A stretch of DNA of 60,731 bases, filler included, from Basidiobolus ranarum (GCA_040143965.1; 5 parts of 5 records of this genome joined end to end with filler, not necessarily neighbours in it); one strand, 5' to 3'; shown: positions 12,821 to 26,855, numbered from the whole stretch's first letter. Notes: generated by a model from the sequence alone, not told the origin. Translations and numbers: made by a program.

Positions 12821-15800
12821 TCACTGCTGTTCGTTTTCATTAAAAACCAACTTGACCCATGCTTCCAAAATTTTAATTAGCAATCCCTTAGTTAACTCAC
12901 TATATTGTAGCATGTTAAATAATCGTGTTAGTCCTAGCGCAGCATTATAATCTCCAACCATTCGAAATATGGTATCAGGCATGTTATTCACAAAAAGTAC
13001 TTTGGCTTCTATTTTCGTTGCTTGCTTCTCCTCCTCAGTTCTAGGTTTTGGCCACTCTCGAGGCCACTCCCCGCCTGGCCACAAGGAATTGGTGAGGGTA
13101 TCAATTGCATATACTATATTATCTTCCGAAGTTGCTTTCTCGAGGTATTCCAAAAACGCTCGGTTAATAGTTTTCCCATATGATTGACGTAAAATCTGTT
13201 TCAGAACATTCAACGCTTTACGACGTAGCCATTGCTTTCGTTCAGTCATATCAAACATTTCTTCTACTAACGCAAAGAAGGTTTCAATAAGCACATCCAC
13301 TTCATCTGTAGACAAATCTTTTAGAACAGATTTTTCCGATTCAATGGATAAAACCGAATTATGCCGACGGTGTGATGCCAAATGTTCTTGATGAATATCA
13401 TTGAGGGGATTCACAGAGTTTGTTGGGGCCTGGGACTGTCTATTGTTACTAGAAAGTAAAATATCGTCGGGGTTTTCTTCTTCGTGAGTACTTTGCGAAT
13501 TCGTGTGGTTAGAATTAATTGTCACTAACTGTGGAATCCCTTCACTCAGAGGTTTGGTAGCCCCTGTATTATTCCCTCTATTAGATGAGATTGTCTCGAA
13601 ATTTGCACTTGGATCTAAACTTGCTTCATCAGATAGACTGGCTAGCCATGAGGGATTACTACAATTCTTGTTATATGAAGGAGCAGGCTTTGTAAGGCCT
13701 AATTCATCGCTATGTGAGGATAATTCCAGGCTAGTGTTTCGTGACGATAGTGATTCTTCATTTGAAGATCTAATACTAGTTGGTGAAGGTACTTTCGTTT
13801 TTGATCTAAGGATGTTGACTTTTTGTGTATCTACAAAAGGGAGTTTCACTAGATTCGCGGCGGATTTAAATGCCTCTAACATTCCGTCGCCTAGGTCACG
13901 ATTTCCATGATCTGCTACTGAATCTGGTTTCAGGAAAATTTGCAAAGGTTTACTCTCACATAGCAGCATGTCAGAAAGCAATAAAGCAAGATATCTTTCT
14001 AGCTCAACGCATAACTTATGGTTATTAGCTTTCGAGATAAACCTTTGTCGACTAGGAAACTTGATCTTATCAACCTTGGGGAATTGCTCACGAAGAGCTG
14101 TGTGAAGTTGAGTAAAATCGGCAAAGCTACGAGTAATCATCCAGCCACCACTGGATTTGGTTCTTTCTAGCTCAATTACAAACAACACAGCTTTACCAGA
14201 GGCCAAAGATTTAACCAAATTAGGGCCTAGGCTAGCAGCAGGTCTTGAGGCATCCGATACTTTCGCCAGGATTCCTTTCAAATCGATTAGTTTGGTACCA
14301 ATATGATTATCCTCTTCTTTTGCAAAGTCACGAGCCATCTCTACAAGCTGGTTCACCTGACGTTGTAGCTCGTCACGATTGTGGTTTAATGATTTAAGCT
14401 TGCTGGATTCCTTACTTGGCGTTTGCTCAATAAGATCATTTGTGACAGCCAACTGTTCCCGGAGCGTCGTGATTGCGGCAGTGAGATTTTTCATTCCTCC
14501 TCCATTTTCTTCACTGGTTGATTCTTCAGGAGGATTACTCTCATCCACTTTTGACAGAGAATTGGGATTGAAGGTGAATCTTCGAATTTGGTTTCTAGCT
14601 GCATGAGTTGCTGTAATATCGCTCATAGAGCGAGAACGTTTGGAATTTTCTTGACTACTTCCTATGTTTTCTATTCTAGAAGCATCATCTACTTTTCCTG
14701 ACTCGACATTGTTCAAGGTTGGGAAGGATGGAATAGAATTACTTCTACGAAGAGGATGGTCATCTGAGGTTCTAACTTTAGAAGTGTCATTCGATTCATC
14801 ATAATTCAAGCCATTACTTTCTGTTGAAACGAAAGAGTCACTATCACTACCATTGGGACTTTGGGCTGATGGTAATTCTGAACTAACTCGGTCAGAAAGT
14901 AATGGTTCAGTAGCGGATTCTTGTGTTGAAGCTGGCGGTATGGAATCCATACAATGTTGCAATCTTCCTCTGACATCAGAATCTTGCTTGTGCTCGGCGA
15001 AACGTGTATCAAGACAATACTTCCTGAAATAATCACTATAGCGGAACTCTCTAAAGAATGGAGATTCCATAACATCAAATACATATGCCTGTGCCTCAAC
15101 AAAGCAATCCGATGTAACATGAGTGCTTCCAAGCTCCTTAATAATATTTCCCAGTATGACCGGGTCTATTGGAACTTTACGTTTAGCTTCATCACTGAGA
15201 TGAAGCTTGTATATCATTTCAGCATCTTGTATCATTAACTCGGGGCTGCTCTGTCGTGAAGTTTCTAGGAAACTTTCCACATTCATCCAGAATTGTAAGA
15301 AAGGAGGAGCTTGAATATCTTCCATAAACTGCATGAATTCAATAAATCCGTTGTTACTCCGTAAAACATCGTCCAAACTCAATGGATTCTCCAGGATAAA
15401 GTTCTCGTCTGATTCATCCATGATGGTGTTTTCTTTGCTAACTTCCGTCGAGGCCATTTCGTTCACCTGAACAAATTACAATTTAATATGCAATCATCAT
15501 GAAATAGGGATAGGCCAAGATGAATATTCACTTACATCAATGATGTCAATTTCTAGTAATACTTCTCCACAAATTTCATATTTAGAAGAAATTGGTTGAA
15601 GTGGAAACCAGGTACGGGTTGATTTCTTGGCAGAGATTTCTTTTCGTGAGACACAGATTTTGCCAATGGTTATATCTTTGGCATATATAAATTAAAGTTG
15701 AAGATATTCAAGTTCCCCAGATGGAAATAAATTACTACAAAAGTAAGCTTACCTTTGGGAAACATTACTCTTCCACAAAGTTCTAAATCGACTCCATCAA

Positions 15801-17322
15801 TGCCTTTACCGGGTGATTTACACCAAGAGCTATGCAATGTAGGAAGAGTTCGATTAGTATGATGATATTGAAGGCACAGGAAATATATGAAAATTAGTTA
15901 CAAATTGAAAGTCTCTACCCAGAGTGGATTGGACTCTGGTTTGACAAATTTCGTTTTACACTTGGCTTTCCCAGAATATATTGTGCAATATAGACCTAGT
16001 GTACGGCAGTTGAAAGATTATTTACTGAAGATATATTCCAATTCAACGTAATAATTACAAACCGTAGGATCCTGTATGATAGATCTGTCTTGCTTCGATG
16101 ACTTGAAATCGTAGAAATTATGTGAATGTCAATATACTTACTAATACTGCAAGTAGATTTGATAACTATACCTTTAACTCGTAGAACTTCGTCACCGCAT
16201 GCCTTCAGTCGTTCATACTCTTTCTTTTGCTTATCATTATTTGATGGAGAGCGTTTCTTTTCAGCGTTTTTAAGGATTGATATGATCAGTTGGTTAATAC
16301 GATCAGGGTCACTGAGAGCCTCCAAGGTAGGTACAATAGTACTAGTGGTTGAAATTTCAGTCAAGAGCGCCATTAAGCAAGGACTGAGAGTGTCTTGTTT
16401 CGGCAAAAGCTTGGTTAGAAGTATCTTGGATAGCTTTTGAAGTTGAGTCATTTGAGAGAGGTTATCATAATAAGATTGGTTGAATGGTGATTGTGGATTC
16501 TCTGATAGATATTTGTCCAACGGTAAAGCAGATGCTTCAAATTGCCGATATTCACGCTAAACAATTACATACGCAATGTAGTCAAACCAGTACATAAGAT
16601 TATTGTTGTTAATAATGGAAACGTGCGAGAAGGAACAAGCTTAATATTACCACATGCACGATCAAAGTATTAGCAAGGGCATAAATTAGCAACAGAGATA
16701 GGTCCACATTGTCTCTACGCGCATAGAGTGAAAAATTCGAGGCAGTAATACTTAAGGACTCTCTAACCCTACTTTCGAACTCCGGGCTTTTCGAAAGATT
16801 GAGAGGTTCAAACCAATAGCGAACGAAATCGCGTACTATATAATCGAATAATCTATTCAAGGAGGAATCTATTTGAAGTGAGATAACAGGCTGAACCAGC
16901 AGCTCCGACTCCTCTTTCTAACGATTACCATATAGAGTGAGTACGGTATTCAAGAAGAACTACTAAACAACTCTACAAACCTGTATAACTCCAATTGGCT
17001 TACCACTGTAAAATATGTTAAACTTTGATATAAAGGGGCTGCTTAAAATCTCATTTGAAGGTACAGCATATATATAACCGAAAATAAAGCCACTGAACAA
17101 AGTAAAGACAGAAAGTTGAACTCTAGAAGCTAATAAAAACAAGAGGAAAAGTGCCAAGAGAGTTATTTGAGTTATTGTAAGGTTAGATAGTGGTGAGGGT
17201 AGCCAAGCACGAAGAAATAGCAGAGAGTCTCGGCTAGGTGTCTCAACTTTCTCCCACTCTTCTCTGGTGGATTCTCTCGCCTCTTTTCCCTCTAGCAACT
17301 GGTCAGCTTCAAATTTACTCAT
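12821..17322 (-). CDS. SNX-RGS/Mdm1-family sorting nexin: TM-PXA-C2-RGS-PX-Nexin_C (multi-exon)
   Basis: TM hairpin (ITLLALFLLFLL...); PXA (LFDYIVRDFVRYWF, LSDPDRINQLI); C2-like exons at ~15540-16190; RGS (LSLDDVL, LQFWMNVESF); PX (WMITRSFADFTQLHTALREQFP); Nexin_C (WLRRK, SLWPGG, RLFNMLQ). Confidence 0.9.
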
Positions 17323-19713
17323 TCTCTTTCCTCTATATTGCACGAGAAGTTACTATTTAAGATAGTAAAGCAAGATGTGGTAATATATATGTGTATGTAT
17401 TTAGAAATAAACTAGGTCTACAAACAATTAAGGGGTTGTGAAGATGGGAACGGTGTGATTGTTGCTTGTGTTATGAACGCTATTCGTAAAAAAGGCAGTA
17501 GGTTAATAGATATTAACACAGTGCATAGTTTAAAATCTCTAGATCAATATGTGCTGGGTAACCAGGTACTCGTTTTGAAAAGATGACTTGTAACCTTATT
17601 AGCACCTGTTACAAAGTCCATTTACTTTAATATAATAATAACACGACATCAAATGTAACGGTACAAATCGTAGCAAGATGCTTATACTGGTATTCAAAAT
17701 CCCCAATCCATACGCTATTATCAGCGCTGAGATTACCATCAATATTTGAGCCAGATTTAGGAAATCTCCCTTAATCCAACATAAATAGTTTGAAACGCGG
17801 CACTTGTGTATCTCGATTCCGCATTTTGTCTTATTTATCGTAACCCCTGAACTGGTTTAGGGATATTCCGGTTGGCGAGATAGAGAGGGCGAGTGCTACA
17901 AATATAACTCTTCCAAGACTTAATATTAATGTGGGCACAGTCTACACATATATAGTAGCTCCTTGACATCCACCCATAAGAGCTAATCGTGAAATTAGTA
18001 CGCTTGCGCTACATCGAGCTAATCATCCTCAAGCTTGATGTGCAATAGACCTGATTGGCATACGATCTATTGAATATGTATTGTAATCAACAATAAGGCA
18101 AGTACGATCGACTTGCTACTGTTCCTGAGGGGCCTATTTATGCTCCAGCATGAATGTAGATCAGGCTACCCTTAATGCTTTGCATGCAGAGGGGTTTGCA
18201 CTACCTACACATACTCTTATGCCCCTTTCCTTCGACCCACCTAATTTTGGATATCCATCCATCACTCATCCAAAATTGCAACTTGTCACCCACTAACATG
18301 TAGTCATCAATACGAATGGTACAAATCATTTTTTCGCATCAGGAGAGTGGCTCATGCTACGGCATAAACTTACAATTATGAGTGAATTAGTATTACATTA
18401 ATGTAATAATAGCGCTTGAAGAGAGTTTCTTTATATGTAATCCTCAGCCATGGTATTTTCTCACAGTTAAAATGTGTAGGAGATCGTTGAAGTGAAGATC
18501 GCTTTTTCAGACGAGGTAGCAATAAATTGGAGCATTTTTCTGGACTATCATTACAATGCTGATAGTTTGAAAAATCTTGAAATTGTGATTGATTAAGAAA
18601 ATACATCACATGAAGTAAAAGAGCTTAGTGAGCTTTTAGTTCTTTTCAACAATCTTCACGAATTATTTATGAGCATAGACTTTATTCAATTTATAAACGC
18701 TGAATTATCTGCTACAAGAAATGAAAAAGTATTCCCATCTAGAGGAACATATCTTAAGGATAGAGTATCTACACTATAAAACATGGTAGGCTAATTTTAT
18801 TAGGCAGTCATAACCTCCTAAAACAGTCAACCTATTAATAATTGGCCTGAAGTACACCAATGCTCAGTAACTAGATTTGCCGCTGTTTAGAAAGAACTAC
18901 ATACAAGTTGACTTTGCTGTCTTTCGCGGAATATATAAATGAAGTTACTTTAATATAATGCTTAGCTAAAGTAAATCTCTTTCGTGTCAAGAATCCATGA
19001 AAAATTCAAATATGAAGAAAATACCAGAAAACCAAGTAGTGGATAGGTAGTTTCTCTCTTTTCTGATTGAAATTCTATTTGGGATGTTGTTAAAGCAATT
19101 GTCTTGGTAAAATAGGAAAATACAAAAAGTGGGAGCAATAGCTCTCTACAGTCAAAAAGTGACTTGTGGCAGAGTTGATAATGTGGTAAAGATCAAAAAG
19201 TTCTTGGATAATAACATTGGTTTTATTGTTAGCGCTGTGCATTTGAAGGAGCCAGCCTAAGCGCGGTAAAGAAAAAAAAGAAGTCATTCTTTCTTAGGTT
19301 ATTATTAAGAAACATTATCATGAGCAAATGAACATGGAATGGAGCTGCTGACAATTGTAATTTTGTTATTTGATTGGATGAAACCAAAAATTCACATTTG
19401 GACTTGGCTTTGCGATAGTAATGCAATCTGACCAAAGCATATTTGGATGCCAGTTAAGCATGGTGGAATATTCTTTGAAGTGCCACTACAGCTGTAGCTG
19501 CTGGATGAATGTGTACTATTGATGACACTAGGTGAAACTATTAGATATATTGATATACTTATATTAAGCCATCTCAGAAGACAGCTTCAAACTGTTGCTA
19601 CAACACACATCAAGAGTTCAAGAATCAGATTTTATTTACCAATATGTAACACTCGGATACACTGCTAAGACAATTTTGCAGTTACAATTGCAGCGGATGT
19701 TCCGCGTAGAATT

Positions 19714-20869
19714 CTATGCCCACAATACTCTACCACCATCTATGATAATGGTCGAACCATTGATATAAGCTCCAGCTTTCGAACACAAAAATAAAGCTAA
19801 GCCACCCATATCTGTCTCGTTCCCGAGACGGCCTATAAATATGATTAATTACTAAAAAACAAGTTTAGGAAATGACCTAGAGAACATACCCTGTGGAATG
19901 GTTGCAATAAATTCGGATTCCTTTGCGACTATACTTTTACTCATGTCGCTATCAATAAAATTAATGTGTTATAATAAAAAAGTAAGTAATATGCATATAT
20001 ATGTAGAGAGCAATATGAAGGCTTGAAGCGTATCGAACCTTGGGAATATTCCAGGCGCAATGCATACTACATTCACCTTCTTACCCGCCAGATGCGACGA
20101 TAAAACAGAAGATAAATGGAGTACAGCAGCCTTTGAGGCTTGATAAGAATACGCCGATATCTTAGGGCTACTATGGATACCTAACTCAGGTCAAAACAAA
20201 ATCATTCAACATATAATTCTTCACTAATCCGCTGGCTTCAATGAGCATACCTCCAATGGATCCAACATTTATTACCCTTGCTGGATCTTCGCTTTGGCGT
20301 TGTGATGCCTCCAGTAAAGGTAAGCAGCTAATCTCGATGGTAATAAGCTGCTTGTTAGAAGAGCCATTCTTGGAAAAGGTAATGTACGACTACAGATACT
20401 TACGCAACTGTTAACTGAAATACTGATGTAACATTAAGTCTATATTCCTGATCCCAAGCTTCATCTGGAAATTCCTCAAGTGGTGCATTGTGTGCGACTC
20501 CAGAGTTGTTGATCAAAAAATCCAAATATTGTTCGCGCTCTTTGATTTTATGAGCTAAATCCTCACATGCCTGTTTGGATGAAAGGTCAGCTTGTATGGC
20601 AATACAGGTACCGGGGCCTATCTTAGTCAGTTCCGAAGCAATTTTTTCTATCAACTCGAGACGTCGGCTTGCGATGTACACTTTAGCGCCATTAGCTACC
20701 AGTGCTTTTGTGATCATGAGACCAATGCTACATCAAATGTTAGAGTCTAACACATAGTTCTAATCAAAATGCACACTAACCCGGCACCACCTCCAGTAAC
20801 CAGTCCGACACGTCCAGAAACATCAAATAAATTCCCTACAGTGAATTGTGATAGCTCAGTAGTAGACAT
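19714..20869 (-). CDS. Short-chain dehydrogenase/reductase (multi-exon)
   Basis: VTGGGAG(IG), NNSG, YSYQASK (YxxxK), VNVVCIAPGIFP and IIIDGG across several short introns; stop TAG at 19714-19716. Confidence 0.92.
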
Positions 20870-22306
20870 GATAGTGGTTTTTAGATATTTGCTTTCTCGA
20901 ACTGGTAGGCAGAGTTGTATTTTATATTCACAGGGTATTATCTCATGATATTTTGATATCAACTGCTGACGAGGGCAGTGTCTTATTAGTAATTAATAAG
21001 CAGGCCAGGCCAAGGGTGTATGACGAAGACAATACCGATTGGACTATGAGATGGCTTAGACCTCACACAAAACAGTAAACAACGATGATTAACTTCGAGT
21101 CGGATTTAACGGCTTTCCAATTAAGCGTGATGATGAAGTGCTGCTCAAATATTCATTGTTATTTCAGACTTCGGTAAAATAGTTTAAGTTACCAGTAGTA
21201 GTCACGCCGATAGTCCAGTTAGAGGTATGCCACAAAATAATCATTTTAGGGCCAAATCATATAGCAAATCAGCTTTGTGACGTAATGAGGTGTGAAATGA
21301 TGTATGCGTGACAGGCTCACCCCAAGAAGGTGAAGAACTGAACTATATATGCGAAACTAGAAGTAATAAAGCAAAAAACCAGTGCTAGAACTGCTATTGG
21401 AGCTGCGAAATGAATATGAAGTTGAAAGTCATATACGTGAAGTCATACGGAGCCTCTCGCGGTAATTTGTAGCTTATCGAATAATTGTGTGATGTAACAA
21501 GTGAGAAGTCCAATGAGTGTCAATCAAGCAAGCCATTGACTGTGACAGTCTTGTCTCATCACAATATCATTTTTCAAGCATTATAAACATCACAGTAACT
21601 CAAAGTTCAAATTAGCAAAATATGTACTAGGAGACAGTAACCTGAAATTTTAACACAATCTTGGTGATCATTGAAGACTAAATAATTGTATATTAAGTAT
21701 TGGTAACTAATCATTCCAAGTTTTGGATCTGTTCTATAGAATCACCAGTCTGTTAGATCGAGTCCTGTCACTGTGGTAGAGGTGGTATGTAAGCGAGTAA
21801 ACCAGCTTCGTCTAATACAATAATGTCCTATCTGTCTATAATAGGGATATGTACTAGACTATCGCAACTCTCTCTCTCCCATTCTTCATACCTTACCTTC
21901 CATATGCTATTGGCTTGATACGACCTAATATTTTGGACGCTTGGTAAGGTAATTTGCAGGTGATAATCTGAACGAAATGCAAATATATATATGGGCACTG
22001 TATGCCTTCTCCAAAACTGTTAGGCTTTGAGCATCGATATTCGAAGTGCCACTCATTCTAGAACTCACTAGTACAAATTAGAAGTTCTCGAAGATTTCCT
22101 AGTATGGAATTTGTGTGGACACATGAGATCTCTAAACGAAAATGATTATAAGCTCCTAGCATCATGGTGATCAGCAGTTTAGAAGCTGCACTTAAAAGAC
22201 TATCGTGTAATACATATCTACTTTTATTTGTAGATAAGTTAGAAAAGAAATGAATAAACCAATATTATTGATTTCAGTAGCTGCTCTAAAGACGAATCCT
22301 TGGCAC

Positions 22307-22528
22307 CTATTCAAAGAGACGTTGGAACATAGCCATCAGAGTGAGCACAACAGGAAGAGCAATCATTTGGCTTGTGTACATAAGATTGGCCTCAGATGTA
22401 GGAGCGGTGGAAGAAGAAGTGGAGTTGGTTGGGGCAGTAGTATTAGTGGTGCCATGATCATGACCTTCATGAGCAGCAGCTATAGCTAATAGAGATAATA
22501 GTACCACGAGGACAAAGTGAGAACGCAT
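22307..22528 (-). CDS. Small secreted, probably GPI-anchored Ser/Thr-rich protein (73 aa)
   Basis: Signal peptide, HEGHDH, Ser/Thr tract and hydrophobic C-terminus; TATATAAA on the minus strand at ~22589-22596. Confidence 0.8.
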   Translation of the reverse strand: MRSHFVLVVLLSLLAIAAAHEGHDHGTTNTTAPTNSTSSSTAPTSEANLMYTSQMIALPVVLTLMAMFQRLFE

Positions 22529-23825
22529 TTTTTCTTCAAAGGCAAGATATAGAAAGTAGTGTGTGATGTAAGATTGCCAACAACGTCGCTTTATATACTC
22601 TTTACTCTGTTTTGTGAATATGTAACCCTATTAATTCAAAACCAATCACGAGTATGGTACTAAGAAGGTTCAAACGTTTCAATCCCCTTTTACCTGCTTA
22701 CTTTATGTTTGACATTACTTTTCATTCGAATCGGATGAATGCAATTATAGGCTAACTTCCACAAATGGTAAGCTTCGAGAAGAGTGCCCATTCTTTTAGT
22801 ATTCCATGATATTACCATAATAGATCTGTTTCACAACCTTAAGATGCATAAACATAGGGATAACCATCAATCATTGGTAAGGGATAAATAGATAATCTCA
22901 AGTTCTCATATTTCAATAGAGCATAGTGAACATTGTACAGCCTCCTTATTGCTCCGACATCCCCTCTGAAGAGATAATTGGCTTAAGTCATGCCAGCATG
23001 TACATTGTGCAAGGATATTCAAACTTATAGTTGGATTTGACAATCAGTACATCTTAAAATGGCAAGTACGAGGTTCTTGTTAAGCTTCGGATTCTGTGAG
23101 AACTTGCATAATCCCATGAAACCATTTAGACTACGCTTTACACACCATACTTAATAATGTTTTCTATTGGCAAATTTTGGCCCGCGAGTACTTGTATTAG
23201 CAGTAGACATATCGGACATAAGTTTGGAGAAGTAGATATTTCTGAACTAGTACGTTAAATACTGATGTAGGGTACTAAGTATGTCTAGCATGATATATGA
23301 TAGATAGAGTCTTGAATCAAAATAAATTCTGGATTTGGTATGATTAACAGAAATACCTGCTTTTCTGATTGACTATTATGTAGAAATAAGGTGATAAGGA
23401 TGGTTTAGGATCCATTGTATGGTGCTCTTATCATGGTTACACCATCATGAACTGATCTATGTATCAACAACGAGTAGTTTCTTCTCATTGATAATTTATG
23501 CCGAAGATAGTGTCATTTAACAACTATTATATACCTTCTGAGGATGTAAAGCTCTCTTTAATCAAGCATTCGAGATTCATATAACTTGTAATTCAGTTTG
23601 CATTGTTTTCGTGTGTAAACTTTTCAACTTTACAACTTGTATATTTAATCATTAATTATCAACCAGTATATATTGCAAGAGCTTAAGTCTAAAGCAATCC
23701 ATTGGGGTCACTGCAAACAACCGAATAATTATTTTATGACATTCCCCACCTGTTCAACAGTATCTATCATCAACCGAATCCTTGGATAGAATCTGAACTT
23801 GCTTGCCAAGTTTGTGCGTTTCAGC

Positions 23826-24012
23826 TGTTGAAATTAGCATAGCCTGAACATCTATATAGTCATATATAATCGAGTATTTAGTTATTCCATATTTCACAAA
23901 GATATCACCCACTATTCTCAATCGGAATTTACTTAGAAGTTTTCAGATATATAGATTTTTCAAACTTGTGCTAGAAGCCCCAAACTTTGCACACATGCTC
24001 CTGAAACCTTTC
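23826..24012 (+). mobile_element. Partial copia LTR (family 1), interrupted
   Basis: Starts TGTTGAAATTAGCAT and matches the LTR starting at 49990; cut at 24013 by a TGTTGG-starting AT-rich, LTR-like sequence that runs into the spacer. Confidence 0.8.
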
Positions 24013-24273
24013 TGTTGGATAATTAATCTTTATTCAACATCTTAGTTAACTTCAGTTATGATACATATATCAGAAACAGAAAGCAACGTATCTATAGCCC
24101 CTATATTCTAAATAGGTATATCTCTATATCTATATAACAAGTATGTCTTATTACCCTCCCCCACTTATCTATTATATCTTATTATACAAACTCCTGAATA
24201 TCTCAAACAATTGATTTACTTTTCTACTATAAAAGTCACCATATACTCTTAAGAATAAAGTAACTAAAACACA

Positions 24274-24373
24274 NNNNNNNNNNNNNNNNNNNNNNNNNNN
24301 NNNNNNNNNNNNNNNNNTTAATTAATTAANNNNNNNNNNNNNNNNNNNNNNNNNNNNNNNNNNNNNNNNNNNN
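24274..24373. other. Artificial contig spacer
   Basis: N/TTAATTAATTAA/N, 100 bp. Confidence 0.98.
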
Positions 24374-24757
24374 ACAAGATGATCCTCTTGTTTCTGAGTT
24401 AGCTTTACAGCTGCATGAAACAAAACAGCCTAAAATTGTTGCTATAGACTTCCAGCTAGACCTTTGGAAGCAATACCTTGCCTCTAAGACACCTTTCTTG
24501 ATTCCTATTAATCCAGGTTTTTGTCCTATTGTCTATCTAGTTTGTACTGAGTACCTTCCTTTCAGCCTACCACCTCTGCCCCTTAACACTATATTTACAT
24601 CCTCTGAATTTGATTACATTGGTCATCAAGTTAAGTATGGATATGATCCAGTATTGTCATAATATCTTAAAAGACTAATGTCTTGATTGTCACTTTGTTT
24701 AGATTAGTATTTAAGCTATATAATGTCCATACCATCTGGTGCTTTTCATCCCCCTGA
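24374..24757 (+). mobile_element. Second copy of the element at 3-522
   Basis: Direct alignment with ~140-522. Confidence 0.85.
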
Positions 24758-24809
24758 CCCAGACCCTCTGTTTTCATCCTTACCCTCCCTTACCTTTACC
24801 AGAACTTCT

Positions 24810-26483
24810 ATACCCTAAGCTTTTGACCTGTATATGAAGGTGACCAGAGCCTATCAAAGCATTTTCTTCATTCTTTTGGTTGGATCCTATTTTAGGTAAA
24901 TCTTAATCCAGAAATTGCCAAATTTATAATTTAAGGTCAAATTTTTGGTTCTCAATTCTAGAGAAATTGCTACCTTCTGTAACTTGTGTGGCAAGCTATT
25001 TGGGACTGTTACTATGATATCTTAATTAGTAGACAGTATTCTAAAGCATTTTGTTTCATCCACCAAAATAGTGACTATTAATCAGTGATTTAATATCTTC
25101 TCCTAGCTGCATCTTTAAGCTAAAGCATTGTCTTCTTAGAAATATCTTGTAGGCAGCCAAACATGTTTGGTAGGTGTCTTCCAATGTTATCAATATCTTC
25201 TTGTCCTTTTAGCTCTCAAACTTTGAATTGGCAATTTGTCTTCAACATGAGAGCAAATTTTGTTAAAGGCACTTAGTTCTTTTTTAACCTGGAGTAAAAC
25301 TTTGGTTTCAGATAGTTGTGTATTGTTATCTTCTCCTACAGCAGTCTCCCAAAGCTCTTTTTCTTGCAGGAGCATATTCATTTTATTTTCAAAACTTGAT
25401 AATTGGTTCAATCCATTTTTCAGAGAAGGGAAAAGTTCCATAAATTTAAGAAGTAGATATTACAGAGAGTGTAAGATTAGGGCTCATAATCTGTGAGAGT
25501 AGTTGGGAGACTGTTGGAAGTGGTTTGAAGAATTAGAGAAATTGGTGGTTTTTGTTATGCACCAACATACAAAGTTGTTTAACTTATGCCATATCTATAC
25601 TACTTGCATGAGTGTCTGTTTAGTTTATCATTATCACTAACTAGTCACCTGACCTTATCCAGTGACTTTATTATATGACCTATCACCTGACTAACTATCT
25701 GTTTGCTTATCCCTTCTATCAGATCATATGACCAATCATATGATCATTATCCAATCAGTATTAACCTCTGAGTCATCTGGCTAGACACAAGTCAATTTGA
25801 GTCACAAGATTCATAACCAATGATCTTTCACTGCCAAGACTTCAGCTGATGCATGACTCAATTATCTATCTATATATCTAGCCAATCACATTATCCTTTA
25901 TCAGAATTAGTCAACTAATATCTTGGTGCTGACTAATTCACTTTGCTATCAAAAAGTATAAATAAAGCTAACTGAACCTTTTGATTTAGTGTGTGTCTCA
26001 ATGAATATAGGATCCCAACACTTCTCAGTGTTTCTCAACAAATTCAATATTCCCCTCTCATTTCTATCCAAGCCTAGTATCCACTAGCACCTACAGAACA
26101 CCAAGCCTAGCTGCCTAGCAAACCAACTCTCTACCGTAACATAGCAACCCACTGTTATTCTCAAGACATATATTAGTAAGATCTGCTCTGCTTATATATC
26201 CTGCTCAAACAGTTCAAAGATTCTGCACTTAAGTGTTTCTTTGGTTCAGTAAAGTTCAAGACTTTTTATCCACTTTTCTCTTGGACATGACAGCTTTCAC
26301 TCATTGATTATTGAGTAGAAAGTTGACATTTATAGTTTTGTCAAAATGTAAACAAACTAAGATGTAGGATGTGTTAAGGAAGGTCCCAGGAACATCTGTG
26401 CAAAGTTTGGGGCTTCTAGCACAAGTTTGAAAAATCTGTATATCTGAGAACTTCTAAGTTGGTAAAAATATTCCAAGTAAACT
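24810..26483 (-). mobile_element. Ty1/copia 5' fragment: interrupted 5' LTR, PBS and gag
   Basis: LTR end ...CTCTCACA at 25492 is followed by PBS GATTATGAGCCCT (25479-25491). The gag-like ORF 25190-25441 is homologous to ~34230-34839. The LTR resumes at ~26293-26483. Confidence 0.85.
25553..26292. mobile_element. 740-bp solo LTR (family 3) nested in the copia LTR
   Basis: TGTTATG...CATGACA termini, flanks GTTTT/GCTTT (5-bp TSD with one mismatch); the host LTR is continuous on either side. Confidence 0.75.
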
Positions 26484-26855
26484 ACTCTTGCGCCCAAAAT
26501 AGACCTTTCTAATGTTTCTAAACACGTTCCACAAACAGTAAGATATAAAATTACATAATGATATAGCGATGCCACGGTCTATTACTGAATTGATTTGTGC
26601 AATAACATCTCTCCACAGTTTCAACGGGCTAAAAACTGGTTCTGGACGATGGGTACAGAGCCCACCTATTGGGGACATCTACTGGACTAAACCTGTAGAA
26701 TTGGGCGTCTGTAACGATTAGAGTTGAACGTAAGAATATCGAATGAGTCAACAAGTGGGTGGCTGAGCTATATAATCTATGAGTGTGAACCAATGCGTGA
26801 CTGAGCTATATAAATAGGAAATCTTTTCCATCTTACAAGAACTTAAATTGTAAAG

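Noticed and set aside
12969-15238. Antisense and alternate-frame ORFs within the sorting nexin (likewise within PTR2, RPL and CWH43)
   Set aside because: Shadows of well-supported genes.
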